Assembly: GCA_951406725.2 (NCBI GenBank) | Contig: OX597830.1 | Coordinates: forward strand, 60,078,001 to 60,142,000 | Source: Octopus vulgaris | Lineage: Eukaryota | Length of the DNA stretch: 64,000 bases | Direction: 5' to 3' | Part shown: positions 1-11,654 of the stretch, one piece after another | Layout: each line of letters starts with the position of its first letter | Position numbering within the stretch: the first letter of the stretch is position 1 | Program-made: the position numbers and the translations under genes | The notes under the pieces: generated by a model | Database searches by the model: none | Told to the model about the DNA's origin: nothing | The model's input: only the letters and a program-made list of their open reading frames with translations

Positions 1-210
1 ATAGTCGACAACATGCTGGAGAATTTTCAAAAGTTGGGAACAAATATGAGAATAAAGCTGCACTATCTCCATAGTCATCATGATAAATTCAAAGAAAAAA
101 AGATAAGGAGAGCGCTTTGATCAGAACATAAAATCAACGGAACAAAGGTATCAAGGCTTATGGGACTTGCATATGATGACAGACTACAGCTGGAACTTGG
201 CTTATGATCT
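1..210 (+). mobile_element. Chapaev3-like DNA transposase remnant (C-terminal part, pseudogenised)
   Basis: Manual translation gives VDNMLENFQKLGTNMRIKLHYLHSHHDKF..*GERFDQNIKSTEQRYQGLWDLHMMTDYSWNL. This matches the Chapaev3 pattern LGC.MSIK.HFLHSH..GERFHQDI..ME.RYQG.W...MMADYCW. Confidence 0.75.
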
Positions 211-416
211 TCCTGGGGTTCAGCACTCGAGAAAATCATCCGAACACGAATTCTTGGGAAACTAAGCATGAACAACATAATATTTAACTGTAAAAAATTT
301 AAGATTCTTAATTAGTTTTTCAGTAGAATTTTAAGGAAGCATTCCCACTTTGAAGGAAAACCAATTTCTGTTCCTCATAAGCGGTTTTAATGAAAAAAAA
401 AAAAAATGAAATTCTA

Positions 417-516
417 NNNNNNNNNNNNNNNNNNNNNNNNNNNNNNNNNNNNNNNNNNNNNNNNNNNNNNNNNNNNNNNNNNNNNNNNNNNNNNNNNNNN
501 NNNNNNNNNNNNNNNN
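417..516. other. assembly gap (100 N)
   Basis: Run of N characters. Confidence 0.99.
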
Positions 517-2430
517 TAGTTAATTTGGCTCAAAAGCAAATAGCAAGGCCATGTAGGGGGACATGGAGTTAAGTACAGGGTGGTGTTCATGTAAAGAGTT
601 CAGGCCACTTGAGGTCCAGGGAGGCTTTGAACAAAGCGGTCGTCGGCATCTTTACCATCTCGTCTGGCAGCTTGTTCCACGGATCCGCAACCCGGACGGA
701 GAAAGCTCCTCTCCTTCGATTGAGATGAAATCGTCGCAGGTAGAGCTTTTCGGAATGACCCCGCAGCCGACGCTCTGGAGCAGGAGTGAAGAACAGCTCT
801 TTCGAGAGGTTACACTTTCCGCTTATGATGTTGTGGGCGAGAATGAGATCACTACGGCGGCGGCGTTTTTCAAGAGAATAAAGGTCGAGCGTCCTCAGCC
901 TTTCTTCGTAGGACAAATTTTTGAGACCATGAACCATGCGGGTAGCCAGCTTCTGGACTCTTTCGAGATGCTGTATGTCTTTGAGGAGATAAGGAGAAGA
1001 GGCTTGAATCCCATACTCCAATATGGGTCTCACCAGCGTGACATAGAGTGGTAGGAATATGGCTGCTGTGAGCATTCCGAATGACCGTCGAATCAAGAAC
1101 AGAATTCCGCGTGCTTTGTTGGCAGCATGGACGCACTGGGCCGAAGGCGAAAAGGAGGAATCCACCAAGATACCCAGGTCCTTTACCTGATCGGTCCTCT
1201 CCAGCAGCAGACGACCCGGCTCGAAATCAAGTTGAGTTGCAGGAGTAGAGCCGACAGGCAGATGACAGCACTTTGACACGTTCAGACACAGGTCCCAATC
1301 GTTAGACCACTTCCAAATTTGGTGGAGGCATCGACGAAGATCCTCTATATAACCGCGAGGAGCGACCAGTTTGATATCGTCGGCAAATAGAAGGGTGTGT
1401 TGCGTGAGGTCGTCGGGCAAGTCATTTATGAAGACTAAGAACAACAAGGGCCCAAGCACTGAACCTTGAGGCACGCCACTGCTCGCACTGGAGACGTCGG
1501 ACCGCGAACCATTAACTTGGACTTGGAAGGAGCGATCTGAGAGGAAGGCACCAACCCATCGTACAATATCCGGATGGAAACTATATGCTTGAAGCTTGAC
1601 AAGTAATAGGCGGTGGTTTACCGAGTCAAAAGCTTTGGCAAAGTCCAGTAAAACGATGTCAACAGCATCACTATCATCGAGGATGCGCGTCACCAATTCT
1701 TCCATTACTAGTAAGTTGGTCAAGCATGATCTCTTCGGCACGAAGCCGTGTTGGGAATCAGAGATAGAGGCTATGTTTAGGAGGTGGAGCATCATACTTT
1801 TCTTAAGGATGGTTTCGAACATCTTGCTGATTATTGATGTAAGGGAAACCGGTCGGTAGTTAAGCGGGTCTTCGCGGCTCCCTTTCTTGAAAATTGGGCA
1901 GATTACCGCTGTTCTCCAGTCTGCAGGTATAACACCCGTCGCCAATGACATATTGAATAGTCGCGTTAAGGGCTCGCAGATGACCGGAGCCAACGCTTTG
2001 ATAACCCGTTGGTGTATGCCATCAGGGCCGTGACCCTTGTTGACATCGAGGCCTTGAATAACACGTTTGACTTCGTCCCGCGTGATGACCAATCGAAGCA
2101 TTGGAGGTACCGATCTATCAAATGGAGGGGGTTCACGACCATCATCTTGTTTGAAAATAGTTGAAAAAGCCTCGGCAAATAATTGACTCTGTTGATAAGG
2201 GTCCTCAATCGATACGCCTGTTGAGTCTACCAACGTTGCAATCTGGTTGTTCAAGCGGGAATTCCGCTGGACATGGGCAAAGAAGGTTTTTGGATTGCTA
2301 CTGGCAATTACCACGATTTTGTATTCATAACTGAAGCGTTCTTTCTTTTCGATTTTCACGGCTCGGTCTCGTTGTGTTTTGTACACCTCAAAAGCTGCAG
2401 TCGAATCCAGATTTTTGAATTCAGCCCAAG
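517..2430 (-). mobile_element. 5'-truncated CR1/L2/Jockey-group non-LTR retrotransposon
   Basis: Contains the RT ORF plus a short 3' UTR ending ...TTTTGAGCCAAATTAACTA at the gap. The same 3' end recurs at 16378-16698. The 5' boundary is approximate and lies next to an (ATC)n tract. Confidence 0.9.
587..2386 (-). CDS. LINE ORF2 reverse transcriptase (no endonuclease domain; 5' truncated)
   Basis: Uninterrupted 599-aa frame with GPDGI, NYRPVSLTS, QHGF, DFAKAFDSV, GVPQGSVLGPLLF, FADDIK, KDLG, LERVQKLATR and YEERL motifs. Confidence 0.92.
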   Translation of the reverse strand: MYKTQRDRAVKIEKKERFSYEYKIVVIASSNPKTFFAHVQRNSRLNNQIATLVDSTGVSIEDPYQQSQLFAEAFSTIFKQDDGREPPPFDRSVPPMLRLVITRDEVKRVIQGLDVNKGHGPDGIHQRVIKALAPVICEPLTRLFNMSLATGVIPADWRTAVICPIFKKGSREDPLNYRPVSLTSIISKMFETILKKSMMLHLLNIASISDSQHGFVPKRSCLTNLLVMEELVTRILDDSDAVDIVLLDFAKAFDSVNHRLLLVKLQAYSFHPDIVRWVGAFLSDRSFQVQVNGSRSDVSSASSGVPQGSVLGPLLFLVFINDLPDDLTQHTLLFADDIKLVAPRGYIEDLRRCLHQIWKWSNDWDLCLNVSKCCHLPVGSTPATQLDFEPGRLLLERTDQVKDLGILVDSSFSPSAQCVHAANKARGILFLIRRSFGMLTAAIFLPLYVTLVRPILEYGIQASSPYLLKDIQHLERVQKLATRMVHGLKNLSYEERLRTLDLYSLEKRRRRSDLILAHNIISGKCNLSKELFFTPAPERRLRGHSEKLYLRRFHLNRRRGAFSVRVADPWNKLPDEMVKMPTTALFKASLDLKWPELFT

Positions 2431-2463
2431 CAATAGTTGACGTACCATTAAGGAAAAATTCAC

Positions 2464-2553
<90 letters not shown>

Positions 2554-2570
2554 TATCATCATCATCATTA
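2464..2570 (+). repeat. (ATC)n microsatellite
   Basis: Direct read. Confidence 0.95.
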
Positions 2571-2810
2571 TAATCATCTTCCTCATCACTATCCTTATCA
2601 TCATCATTGTCTGGAGATAAGAGGAAAATCGTGGGCTCGTGTTTTTGGTTAAATAACCATCATCGACACGACAGTTGTTCGACACTATCTCTGGTGGCCA
2701 AGGGACAGGTTTATACAAAAAAAGAGTAGAGGACATTTAGTGCTCAGGTAATTTGCATTTCAGAGTGGCCAGTAGCATGTATTTGAACGACATAGAAAAA
2801 TACAGGTATA

Positions 2811-3040
2811 GGCGAGCTGGTAGAAACGTTAGCACGCCGGGCGAAATTCTTAGTGGTATTTCGTCTGCCGCTACGTTCTGAGTTCAAATTCCGCCGATGT
2901 CGACTTTGCCTTTCATCCTTTCGGGGTCAATTAAATAAGTACTAGTTACGCACTGGGGTCGATATAATCGACTTAATCCGTTTGTCTGTCCTTGTTTGTC
3001 CTCTCTGTGTTTAGCCCCTTGTGGGTAGTAAAGAAATAGG
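2811..3040 (+). mobile_element. tRNA-derived SINE family B (Meta-domain-like), tail type 1
   Basis: A/B-box-like head (GGCGAGCTGG..GTTAGCAC..GAGTTCAAATTCC) and central GCCTTTCATCCTTTCGGGGTC..AAGTAC motif. Many copies in this window. Confidence 0.85.
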
Positions 3041-3689
3041 TATATCAAACCCTTCCCTGTTTAATGAGGTTTCTGTGCGTAAGGTAGTTTAATAATGTTG
3101 GAGTTGATGAAATTGCTGTCAGACAAACCTTTAATTAATGGCGTTCCATCCGTGGCGTCTTTGCTTTTAAAATCTAATGTGTTTTTTTTTCTTCTTCTTT
3201 TTAAGAAGTTCTTTAAGAGTGTTGTTCGGTTTGGCCGTTATATTTTACTACTTCGTTGGTTCGCTGCCGCCGTTGTTAATAGTATTGTTGTTGTAGTTGT
3301 TAGTATACATTTTACGCCGTCAGTTTAGAGGTATCTAATGATCATATTATCCAGTGTAACTGTTTCCTCATTCAAGACGGTATGATTTGGGAGGGATTTG
3401 GTTACTGTTTTTAGTGGGTCTATCGGTAAGGGTTCCCTTTTCTTTTCTCACGCTATTGTTACGACTGGTGGTAATAGAGGATTATAACATCTTCGGCTGG
3501 AGTTTCAGGTGGCTTTGCTTAGTCACATTACCGTTCTTATTGATAGTGACACAATGGCGCTGTCGTTGAACAGTTTCGAATTTAGGAGGGGATGCGTGTG
3601 GACGGTGATCTTTTTGTTGTTTTTATTGTTGTTGGGGTAGTGCTAGTGATAATGTTCAAAGGTGATGACATAAGATAGTTATGTTGATG

Positions 3690-3756
<67 letters not shown>

Positions 3757-4918
3757 GGAGGAGGAGGAGGAGGAGGATAGCGATGCTGGTTATATTGTGG
3801 TACGGTGGGAGTGTTGGTAGTGATGCTGATGATTTGATGATGAAATGACGATGATGATGGTGGTAACGAAATTTGCTCAAGGAATGCAAACCCAGGACCA
3901 ACCCAGGTTGTTCAAGTCATTTTCATTGCCCCCACCCAGCCAAAAAGGTGTAAGGGGGTGCTTCCACCTTATGCACTCTCTATTTTCGAGCCTATGACCA
4001 GTGGATGATGATGGCGGTGGTGGTGGTGGTGGTGGTGGTGGTCATGTGGTTATGACGATGACGATGACAATGATAACGGTAGTGATGGTGTGGTTATGGT
4101 GATGATTTGATGATGACGACGACGACGATGATGATGATGACGACAATGGCGATGACAACGATGATGATGATGTGGATGCAGATGGCATGTGTGTGGTGAA
4201 GGCAAGGATTAGTGTCGCTGTTGGTTAAGTACTGATGGAGACGACCATAAAAGTTAGCAGTAACAGTGACGTAGTTGCAGAGAAGTGGTAGTAAGAGGAG
4301 GGGGAAGGACTTTACGAACAAAGAAAGCTACAAAACTCGTTTAAAGAAACAATGAGAAGAGTTAGAGGTAGATGGATGGAAAAGTGGTGGTGGTGGTCAT
4401 CATAGGCGGGCGGTGATAGTGACGGTAATAAGCAGGTGGAGATGGCGATTGGAGGGATGGGGTTGTATTGATAGGGGGCAAGGCGGCGGGGGTGAGCGAT
4501 GGTAGTATAGTAATCTTGGCGAGTAGATGGGGACGGTGGTCAGACAAGCTTGTGCTGGGGTCAAGACCCGACTTTCAATTGACCAGAGCGCCGTCTACTG
4601 GACAACAATGAACGTACGCAGCTGGCACGGTGCTAAACCGAAGGTGAAGAGGTCACCACTATAAAAGAAAGTAATTTGGACAAATGCGTGGACAGTGACA
4701 CAAGAGTGGTGGGAAGAGGAGAGGAAAGTGGAAAAAAGGAACAGAAAGTGGTCAGGAATAATTTTAGAGCCATTTAAACTTTCACCACACCTACATACAT
4801 GCACGCATTAAACATTCTTACTTTAATACACACACACACACACACGCACATACACACACAGGCATGTATATACAGAATGTCTGTACGCATGCATATATCT
4901 GTATGCCTATGTGTCTAT

Positions 4919-4954
<36 letters not shown>

Positions 4955-5086
4955 CGCGTAGGTGTTGATATCAATTTATATATGTGTATGTATATATATA
5001 TATATATATACACGCACACAGAATATGTGTATATCTGCTATTAAGTTAGACATGGCCTGGACCAATCTCTGGTCGAAACATATCTA

Positions 5087-5148
<62 letters not shown>

Positions 5149-5268
5149 TATATACACATATATAAATTGATATCAACACCTACGCGCAATATATATATAT
5201 ATACATACACACGCACACAGATTATGTGTATATCTATCTATCTATCATCATCATCATGTATATGTATG

Positions 5269-5331
<63 letters not shown>

Positions 5332-5560
5332 ATGTATTTATGTCTTGTTATTTTCTTTTGCTGCAGTTGAAGCTGGTTGCCAACAAAATGACAAGACTTT
5401 TTCAAGTTAAGACAGTTCGCGGTTTTGCAAAATATGTGTTTGAATTGGTTTGTTCGGGTATGTATATGTGTATAGGTGTATTTGTATGTTGACACGTCTC
5501 TTTAGTGCTTCGATGTATTTGCTAGAGAGAGAGAGAGAGGAAGAAAGAGAGAAAGAGAGA

Positions 5561-5725
5561 TCATCATCATCATTGTTCGACCGTGGTCGAGACAATGGAA
5601 TTTACCATGCTACGCCAGACTTCACGGTCCATCATGGCATTACGGAGGTCCTGTTGCTGGATGCCTGTATCCCTGGAGATTACATCAGGGTAGGAGAGTG
5701 TGCGCCCTCTGGTATTGCGAGTAGA
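5561..5725 (-). mobile_element. RTE-clade LINE 3' end with (TGA)n tail, inserted in a (GA)n tract
   Basis: Encodes RGRTLSYPDVISRDTGIQQQDLRNAMMDREVWRSMVNSIVSTTVEQ*, nearly identical to the copy at 26848-27354. Confidence 0.85.
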
Positions 5726-5768
5726 GAGATAGAGGGGTTTTGCAGTAGTACACAACTATGTGAATATA

Positions 5769-7300
5769 CACTAACCAAAATAAGTTTAAGTCCGAGGATG
5801 GCAGTTCTATTCCTTCATTAATTTATTTTTAACAAAACTGTATAAAATTATTTTACAGTTTATGTAGAATTTTCTTCTCTTTCGAATGATATAGGTTTTA
5901 TATATCTTTCTACAATTTGAATAATTTTAATACATAATTAATTCAAATGATTAAATATTGTCGGCAGAATAAGTTCAAGACGTAACCAACATTATTTTGT
6001 TTAAATCGAAAATTTACGTCACAAATGACCAACGAACAAAAATTTATTATTAGTATCTAGTTCCATAGCCATTATTTTCAATTGCGGCCTTACCACGGCG
6101 GGTCATGGAGTTCGACAAATGAGCACAAAAATCACTTGGAATGTTCTGCCATATTTCTTCAGTAAAATTATATTGGGACGAATTTGTTGGTTTTTTTTTT
6201 TTTTAGCATGAGTCTCTTTTAAAAAAATTTATTCCATAAATTTTCTATCGGATTCAAAACTGGGCTCTGCGGAGGCCACTTAATAACCACCATATTATTG
6301 TGCTCAAAATATTGAAAAACCTTACGGACGGGGCAATTGTCCTTTTGGAAAATAGGTCCCTGTGGCATCTGATTATTTAAATATGGTCGCATATTTTCAT
6401 TTTCTAATTACAGATAGCCTACATTGTTCAGTCTGCCGTTTTCTTGACATATTTAGGATGGACGGCGTCTGACAAGTCTTTCCGTCTGATCCAAAGATGC
6501 AGAAGCAGGACTCGTCACCCCAAAGAACTGTTGACCAGTCTTCGACCGTCCATTCGAAATGGCTTTTAGCAAACCTGATCCGTTTCCGCTGGTTCGTCTC
6601 AGAAATTATTGGCTTCTTTCGAGCGATCCGGCCGAATAGTTCAAATTCTTTGAGGCGGTTTCTGACAATTTGGCGGTGTAAAGCTGATGTCAGTTTCATC
6701 AGATAATTGCTTGCAAATGTCCACTGCTGCTAGCATTCGGTTACCTTTAGAGAGCCTATGAATTCGCCGATCCATCTGTACTGTTACTTTTCTCGGAGTG
6801 CCCGTTCTTTGCCGATCTTTGCATTGCCTAGTGGCTTGGTAAAGCTTCCATGCTTGAACACAAGCCCTTTTGCTGCATCCTAATTGCTTGCTAATGTTCA
6901 TGGAGGACACATTTTGCTGATGAAACAACACGATATTTGATCTAGTAACTGGGCCTATACTACGACGCTTTCCCATAGCGAATTAATGTGTAACGATGCT
7001 CGATTATTAAACAAAACAGTGCAATACGACCAGCCATATGACCATGCATTTAGTTTATTACTTTGCATAATCTTGGTACGGTCTTAAACTTATTCCGCCG
7101 ACAATTTCTAATCATTTGAATTAATTGCGCAATAAAATTATTCGAAATGTAGAAAGATATATAACACGTATATGATTCGAAAGAGAAAATAAATCTATAT
7201 AAACTGTAAAAAGTAAAATAATTTTATATAGTTTTGTTAAAAATTTATTAATGAAGGAATAGAACTGTCATCATCGGTCTTAAACTTATTTTGGCTAATG
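5769..7300 (-). mobile_element. Tc1/mariner DNA transposon with ~225-bp IR-DR type terminal inverted repeats, internally deleted
   Basis: TIRs at 5769-~5990 and ~7073-7300 (CACTAACCAAAATAAGTTTAAG.. / ..CTTAAACTTATTTTGGCTAATG), with TA on both flanks. An AATAAGTT(T/C)AAG motif repeats at the inner and outer ends of each TIR. Confidence 0.9.
6050..6976 (-). pseudogene. Tc1-like transposase pseudogene (frameshifted, central DDE region lost)
   Basis: MGKRRS..RTGTPRK (GRPR-like) is followed by a frameshift into ARKKP..RIRFAKSH.EWTVEDWSTVLWGDESCF. A C-terminal WQNIP..SMTRR.KAAIENNGYGTRY* lies near 6050-6160. Confidence 0.85.
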
Positions 7301-7369
7301 TATCATTTGAATGATGTCAAACAGATTCTTTGGAATGTGTGAGGCACAAACACAGGCACAAAGGCACAC

Positions 7370-7808
7370 AAGTTCTCGTATTTCGGTAATTTCAACCAAT
7401 CAATGACGTGTATTCAGCTGAATAAAATTACTGCCGTTGTTTATCAACAAGAACTTCTGGTGGTGTATATTTCGTTTGTCACTGTTATTTATTACACCCT
7501 AAACCTAAACCCCTAACTCTAACCTTAAAACCTTAACCCTAACCATAAAACGAAAAATACACCGCCGATAGTTGTTGTTGATAAACAACGGCAGTAATTT
7601 TATTCAGCTGAATACACGTCATTGATTGGTTGAAATTACCGAAATACGAGAACTTCAACATGAAATAACTCTATAAACATAAACTTTTCTCAAAAACGCT
7701 AAGAGTAAAAGGTGTTTTATATGACACATTCTACCATTATACGCAGTTTGAAAGTGTTTAGTTTCAAAAAATTATTTTTTAAATCTGTAGGTCAAAAGGT
7801 AAAGATCC
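7370..7808. mobile_element. foldback/MITE-like element with telomere-like (CCCTAA) spacer
   Basis: Arms 7370-7477 and 7548-7655 are near-perfect reverse complements around degenerate CCCTAA repeats. The right arm extends to ..AAAGATCC, and a related arm lies at 54020-54218. Confidence 0.7.
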
Positions 7809-8014
7809 GCTGTTCGACAAATAAAGATCGATAAAAAAATATACCCGACTGAAAAAAATCCTGCTGTCGATTTCATCGTTTAAATACTTGAAAGTAGTAA
7901 CCCAATGTAGCTGCAGTCCAATGAACAAAACCAGTGAAAGAATAATTTATATTATCATTAAAGATTAAGAAATTTGATAGAAATGTGTCTCTAAATTTTC
8001 GTGCATTGAACTTT

Positions 8015-8250
8015 TACACTGGCAGATTTGCAGAGTTGTTTGCGCGCGGGACAAAATGCTTAACGGTATTTCATCTGGTTCTTTACGATCTGAGTTCAAA
8101 TCCTGCCAAAGTAATATTTGCCTTTCATCCTTTTGAGGTTAATAAAATAAAGTACCAGTCGACTACTGGAGTCTATATAATCGACCAGCCTTTCCCGCCT
8201 CCTCCTCCTCCTCCTCCTAAGATTATTGGCCTCGTGCCAGCATTTGGAGC
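8015..8250 (+). mobile_element. SINE family B, diverged copy
   Basis: CTGGCAGA..GAGTTCAAATCC..TTTGCCTTTCATCCTTTTGAGG..AAGTACCAG. Confidence 0.75.
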
Positions 8251-9018
8251 AATTAAATGTATGAATATTAACAGCTTATTACTTATATTATTTATTATAC
8301 CATTTCAGAAATGTGTATAATTGTGTGCAATGTGTATGCTATTACAAGGAACAATGTGTTACAATTTGAGGCAAATTGTAATAGAAAATCCTAATACAAA
8401 ATAATCAAATAGGATAAATAGTAAATAAAACTTATTATATAAATCACATAGCAATAAAAAATGCACTCAAATATTTGTTATAGAATATGTTTGTATACAC
8501 TCGAATATTTGATGGAAATGTGAACTTGTAACCTGTTAATATAAATATGGAGTTAGAAGTGATCGAAGATTATGAACTGGAATAAAATAAAAGTTAATAA
8601 ACATAATTTGATCTTTTGATAGGTTAATGGTTGAAGCCATCGATTTTAACCGTTGAATTTAATTTCTTTAATCTACGGATATTGTAAAATATATTCTAGG
8701 CTTTGGCATTGGTCAAATATATCTTTATTAAAATAACAATTATTGTTTGGTAAATTGAACGTTATGATAGATACAAAGGTTGTATAAAAATCAGAATTAA
8801 GATTAGTTGACATGTACTAGGTTGTAGTATGCAAGGCTGGATAAGTAATTAACATGTTGGAAATATAATTGGTTTGAAATGTTTCAGAGTTCTAAAATGT
8901 CTGTCTTCAGAATCATATCAACTCCGAGTGTCTGTTAGTTTGTGAATGTACATAGCATCAACAGAAGCGTAATCTCCCAATAAGATTTCCGTCTCTCTGT
9001 TTCACTCTCTGTCTTTCT

Positions 9019-9064
<46 letters not shown>

Positions 9065-9075
9065 AAATAAATAAA

Positions 9076-9425
9076 GCGCAGGCGCAGCTGTGTGGTAAGA
9101 AGTTTGTTTCTCAACCACATGGTTCGGGGTTCAGTCCCACTGCGTGGCACCTCGGGCAAGTGTCTTGTTCTATTGTCTCGAGCCAACCAAAGCCTTATGA
9201 GTGGATTTGGTAGGGGGAAACTGAAAGAAGCTTGTCGTATCTATGTACCACCTCCACCTCTTGACAAACAGTGCTGGTGTGTTTATGACCCCGTGACTTA
9301 GCAGTAGATCAATAGAATAAGTACCAGGCTTAAAAAAGTACTGGGTTCTATACATATGACTAAAAGAAAACCTTCAAGGCGTTGCCCCAGTGTGGCCACA
9401 GCTTGATAACTGAAATAAATAAAGG
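9076..9425 (+). mobile_element. tRNA-derived SINE family A (CORE-like CCTTGGGCAAG motif)
   Basis: GCTGTGTGGTAAG..GGTTCAGTCCCACTGCGTGGCACCTCGGGCAAGTG..; tail GGCGTTGCCCCAG..GGCCACAG..CTGAAA. Confidence 0.85.
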
Positions 9426-9755
9426 GCAAAAAAATAAAAGATAAATTAATAAAATACCAGTTCTTATTTCTAGTTTAATTCTATCTGACCAGAAACTGAA
9501 TATTTTGCGACTGCAACTTCCACGCAAAACTCGTTTTTGTTGACAATTTAATTTTTTATAAGTATAAAATTATTCACTAGGCATAATACATTCAATTAAT
9601 TAATTAGAAAACATAAAGAACCAACAATTGATAGGAAACTAAGGTCAGGTAGGTTACCTTAAAACAGTGGAGATGAATTCTAAAATCGTTAAGTAAAAAC
9701 CCACAAGATTATCCACCATCTTTTTGGATTCCATATGTCAAACACTCGTGCATAT

Positions 9756-10119
9756 ACTCTTTTACTCTTTTACTTGTTTCAGTCATTTGACTGCGGCCAT
9801 GCTGGAGCACCGCCTTTAGTCGAGCAACTCGACTTATTCTTTTGCCGAACCGCTAAGTTTCGGGGACATAAACACACCAGCATCGGTTGTCAAGCAATGC
9901 TAGGGGACAAACACAGACACACAAACACACACACGCATACATATATATATACATATATACGACGGGCTTCTTTCAGTTTCCGTCTACCAAATCCACTCAC
10001 AAGGCTTTGGTCGGCCCGAGGCTATAGTAGAAGACACTTGCCCAAGGTGCCACGCAGTGGGACTGAACCCGGAACCATGTGGTTGGTAGACAAGCTACTT
10101 ACCACACAGCCACTCCTGC
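9756..10119 (-). mobile_element. SINE family A
   Basis: Full-length reverse copy with (GAGTAAAA)n tail and internal (CA)/(TA) tract. Confidence 0.9.
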
Positions 10120-10387
10120 TTACAAAATCAAAAAACAACACAGCACTCACGACTTTCGGAAACATTGTACCATGCTCAGAATTACTGAAGTATGAACTAA
10201 ATTACCCGCATCAGTCGTTAGCTGTCGAGACACTACATCCTTCAAAACTTCCATTCTTCCTGGAATCCACCAACAGTACACCTGATGGCTTCCCCCCCCC
10301 CCCTTAGTTGAAGTGCAGCTGAACACTGTATACAACAATTTCTTTCATATAAAACAACAACAACAACAACAATAATAATAATAATTT

Positions 10388-10554
10388 TTTTTCGACTCTA
10401 GGCACAAGGCCCGAAATTTTGGAGGCGGGGGCCAGTCGATTAGATCGACCTCAGTACGCAACTGGTACTTAATTTATCGACCTCGAAAGGATGAAAGGCA
10501 AAGTTGACCTCGACCTCGGCATTTCGCCGGGCGTGCTAACGTCTCTGCCAGCTC
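10388..10554 (-). mobile_element. SINE family B, tail type 2 (internally deleted)
   Basis: Reverse complement of the head and Meta-like core; head-to-head with the next copy. Confidence 0.8.
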
Positions 10555-10559
10555 GAACG

Positions 10560-10770
10560 CGAACTGGCAGAAACGTTAGCACGCCGGGCGAAATGCGTAG
10601 CCGTATTTCGTCTGCCGTTATGTTCTGAGTTCAAATTCCGCTGAGGTCGACTTTGCCTTTCATCCTTTCGGGGTCGATAAATTAAGTACCAGTTGTGTCC
10701 TGGGGTCGATCTAATCGACTGGGCCCCCTTCCCCCAAATTTCGGGCTTTTTGCCCAGTGTAGAAAAGAAT
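10560..10770 (+). mobile_element. SINE family B, tail type 2
   Basis: Head, core and CCCCAAATTTCGGGC..GTAGAAAAG tail. Confidence 0.85.
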
Positions 10771-10869
10771 AGTAATAATAATCTGTTTTCATTGAGAAAT
10801 TCTACATTTTTAATGAGATCTACTAGCCTTAGAGCCGTTAAAAATAACATGAATATTACGGTGAACACT

Positions 10870-11240
10870 TCTGTTTAAGTATTAGACGACTACGTTCATG
10901 AAAGTTAAATCCATTTATTTGTACATGTAACTGTGCTTTTATTTGACTAAACACAGTTTAGGAAACATCGAAACTTAGAAATATAAGCCAAAACGTGTCA
11001 GCAGCTGCCTTTGCATTCAGGTATTTTGGTTGCAGTGTTCTGTTTGCTCTTGAAGTCACTAAATTCAATTATATTTGAACAATGCTTATGCCTCGAGACT
11101 CACATCCATTTTAGTCAAAAGTCTGCATAAACGTTTCTCTCAACATTGGCAATTTCGACCGAAAATGAAGGAACAATCCAGTTAGGTGCTTCGTATTTTG
11201 AAGATTCTCAAAACGAACTTTAAAATCTTCCTTTAATTTT
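10870..11240 (-). mobile_element. degenerate hAT-Charlie (SCAND3/ZBED-like) transposase fragment
   Basis: Reverse strand gives LKEDFK..F*E...EAPNWIVPSF and a later ERSRLILK segment resembling the Charlie-type C-terminus. Heavily degraded. Confidence 0.4.
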
Positions 11241-11654
11241 ATTTAATGGAAACATAGTCGGATGGGGAAAGAATGATCCGAGACTTATTCTTAATATAAT
11301 TTTTTTCAAAATTTTATCAACATACAGCTTACGAATACTCGCAAAAACGTATTTCTGCAAAATCAGATTTTGAAATACTTATTCTAAAGAAAATCATGGG
11401 AAAAAAAACAAAAAAAGACAGAATCGGGAAGTAGCACAATGAACCGAAAATAATCGTTTTCTTTTTTGTAAAATTTCTTTCAAAATAATTGTAATCTAGA
11501 TTTTAGAGAACGAATCTAAGCAAAATTTCCTGAGTTTTCTGAAGAAATAAAATTGAATGTGTGGTGAGTCACAAAACCGCAGTCATGCCTACACACACAC
11601 ACACGCCACCCCCCCCCCCACACACACACACATTATCATATTCTTGTGAACGTT

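Noticed and set aside
563-1054. 163-aa plus-strand ORF
   Set aside because: Antisense shadow of the LINE RT frame; no independent domain.
7496-7545. True telomere or chromosome-fusion site
   Set aside because: Short, degenerate and enclosed within inverted arms of a repeat.
9735-10307. Recurrent peptides such as ARGYSRRHLPKVPRSGTEPGTMWL in several ORFs
   Set aside because: Translations of SINE family A, not a gene family.
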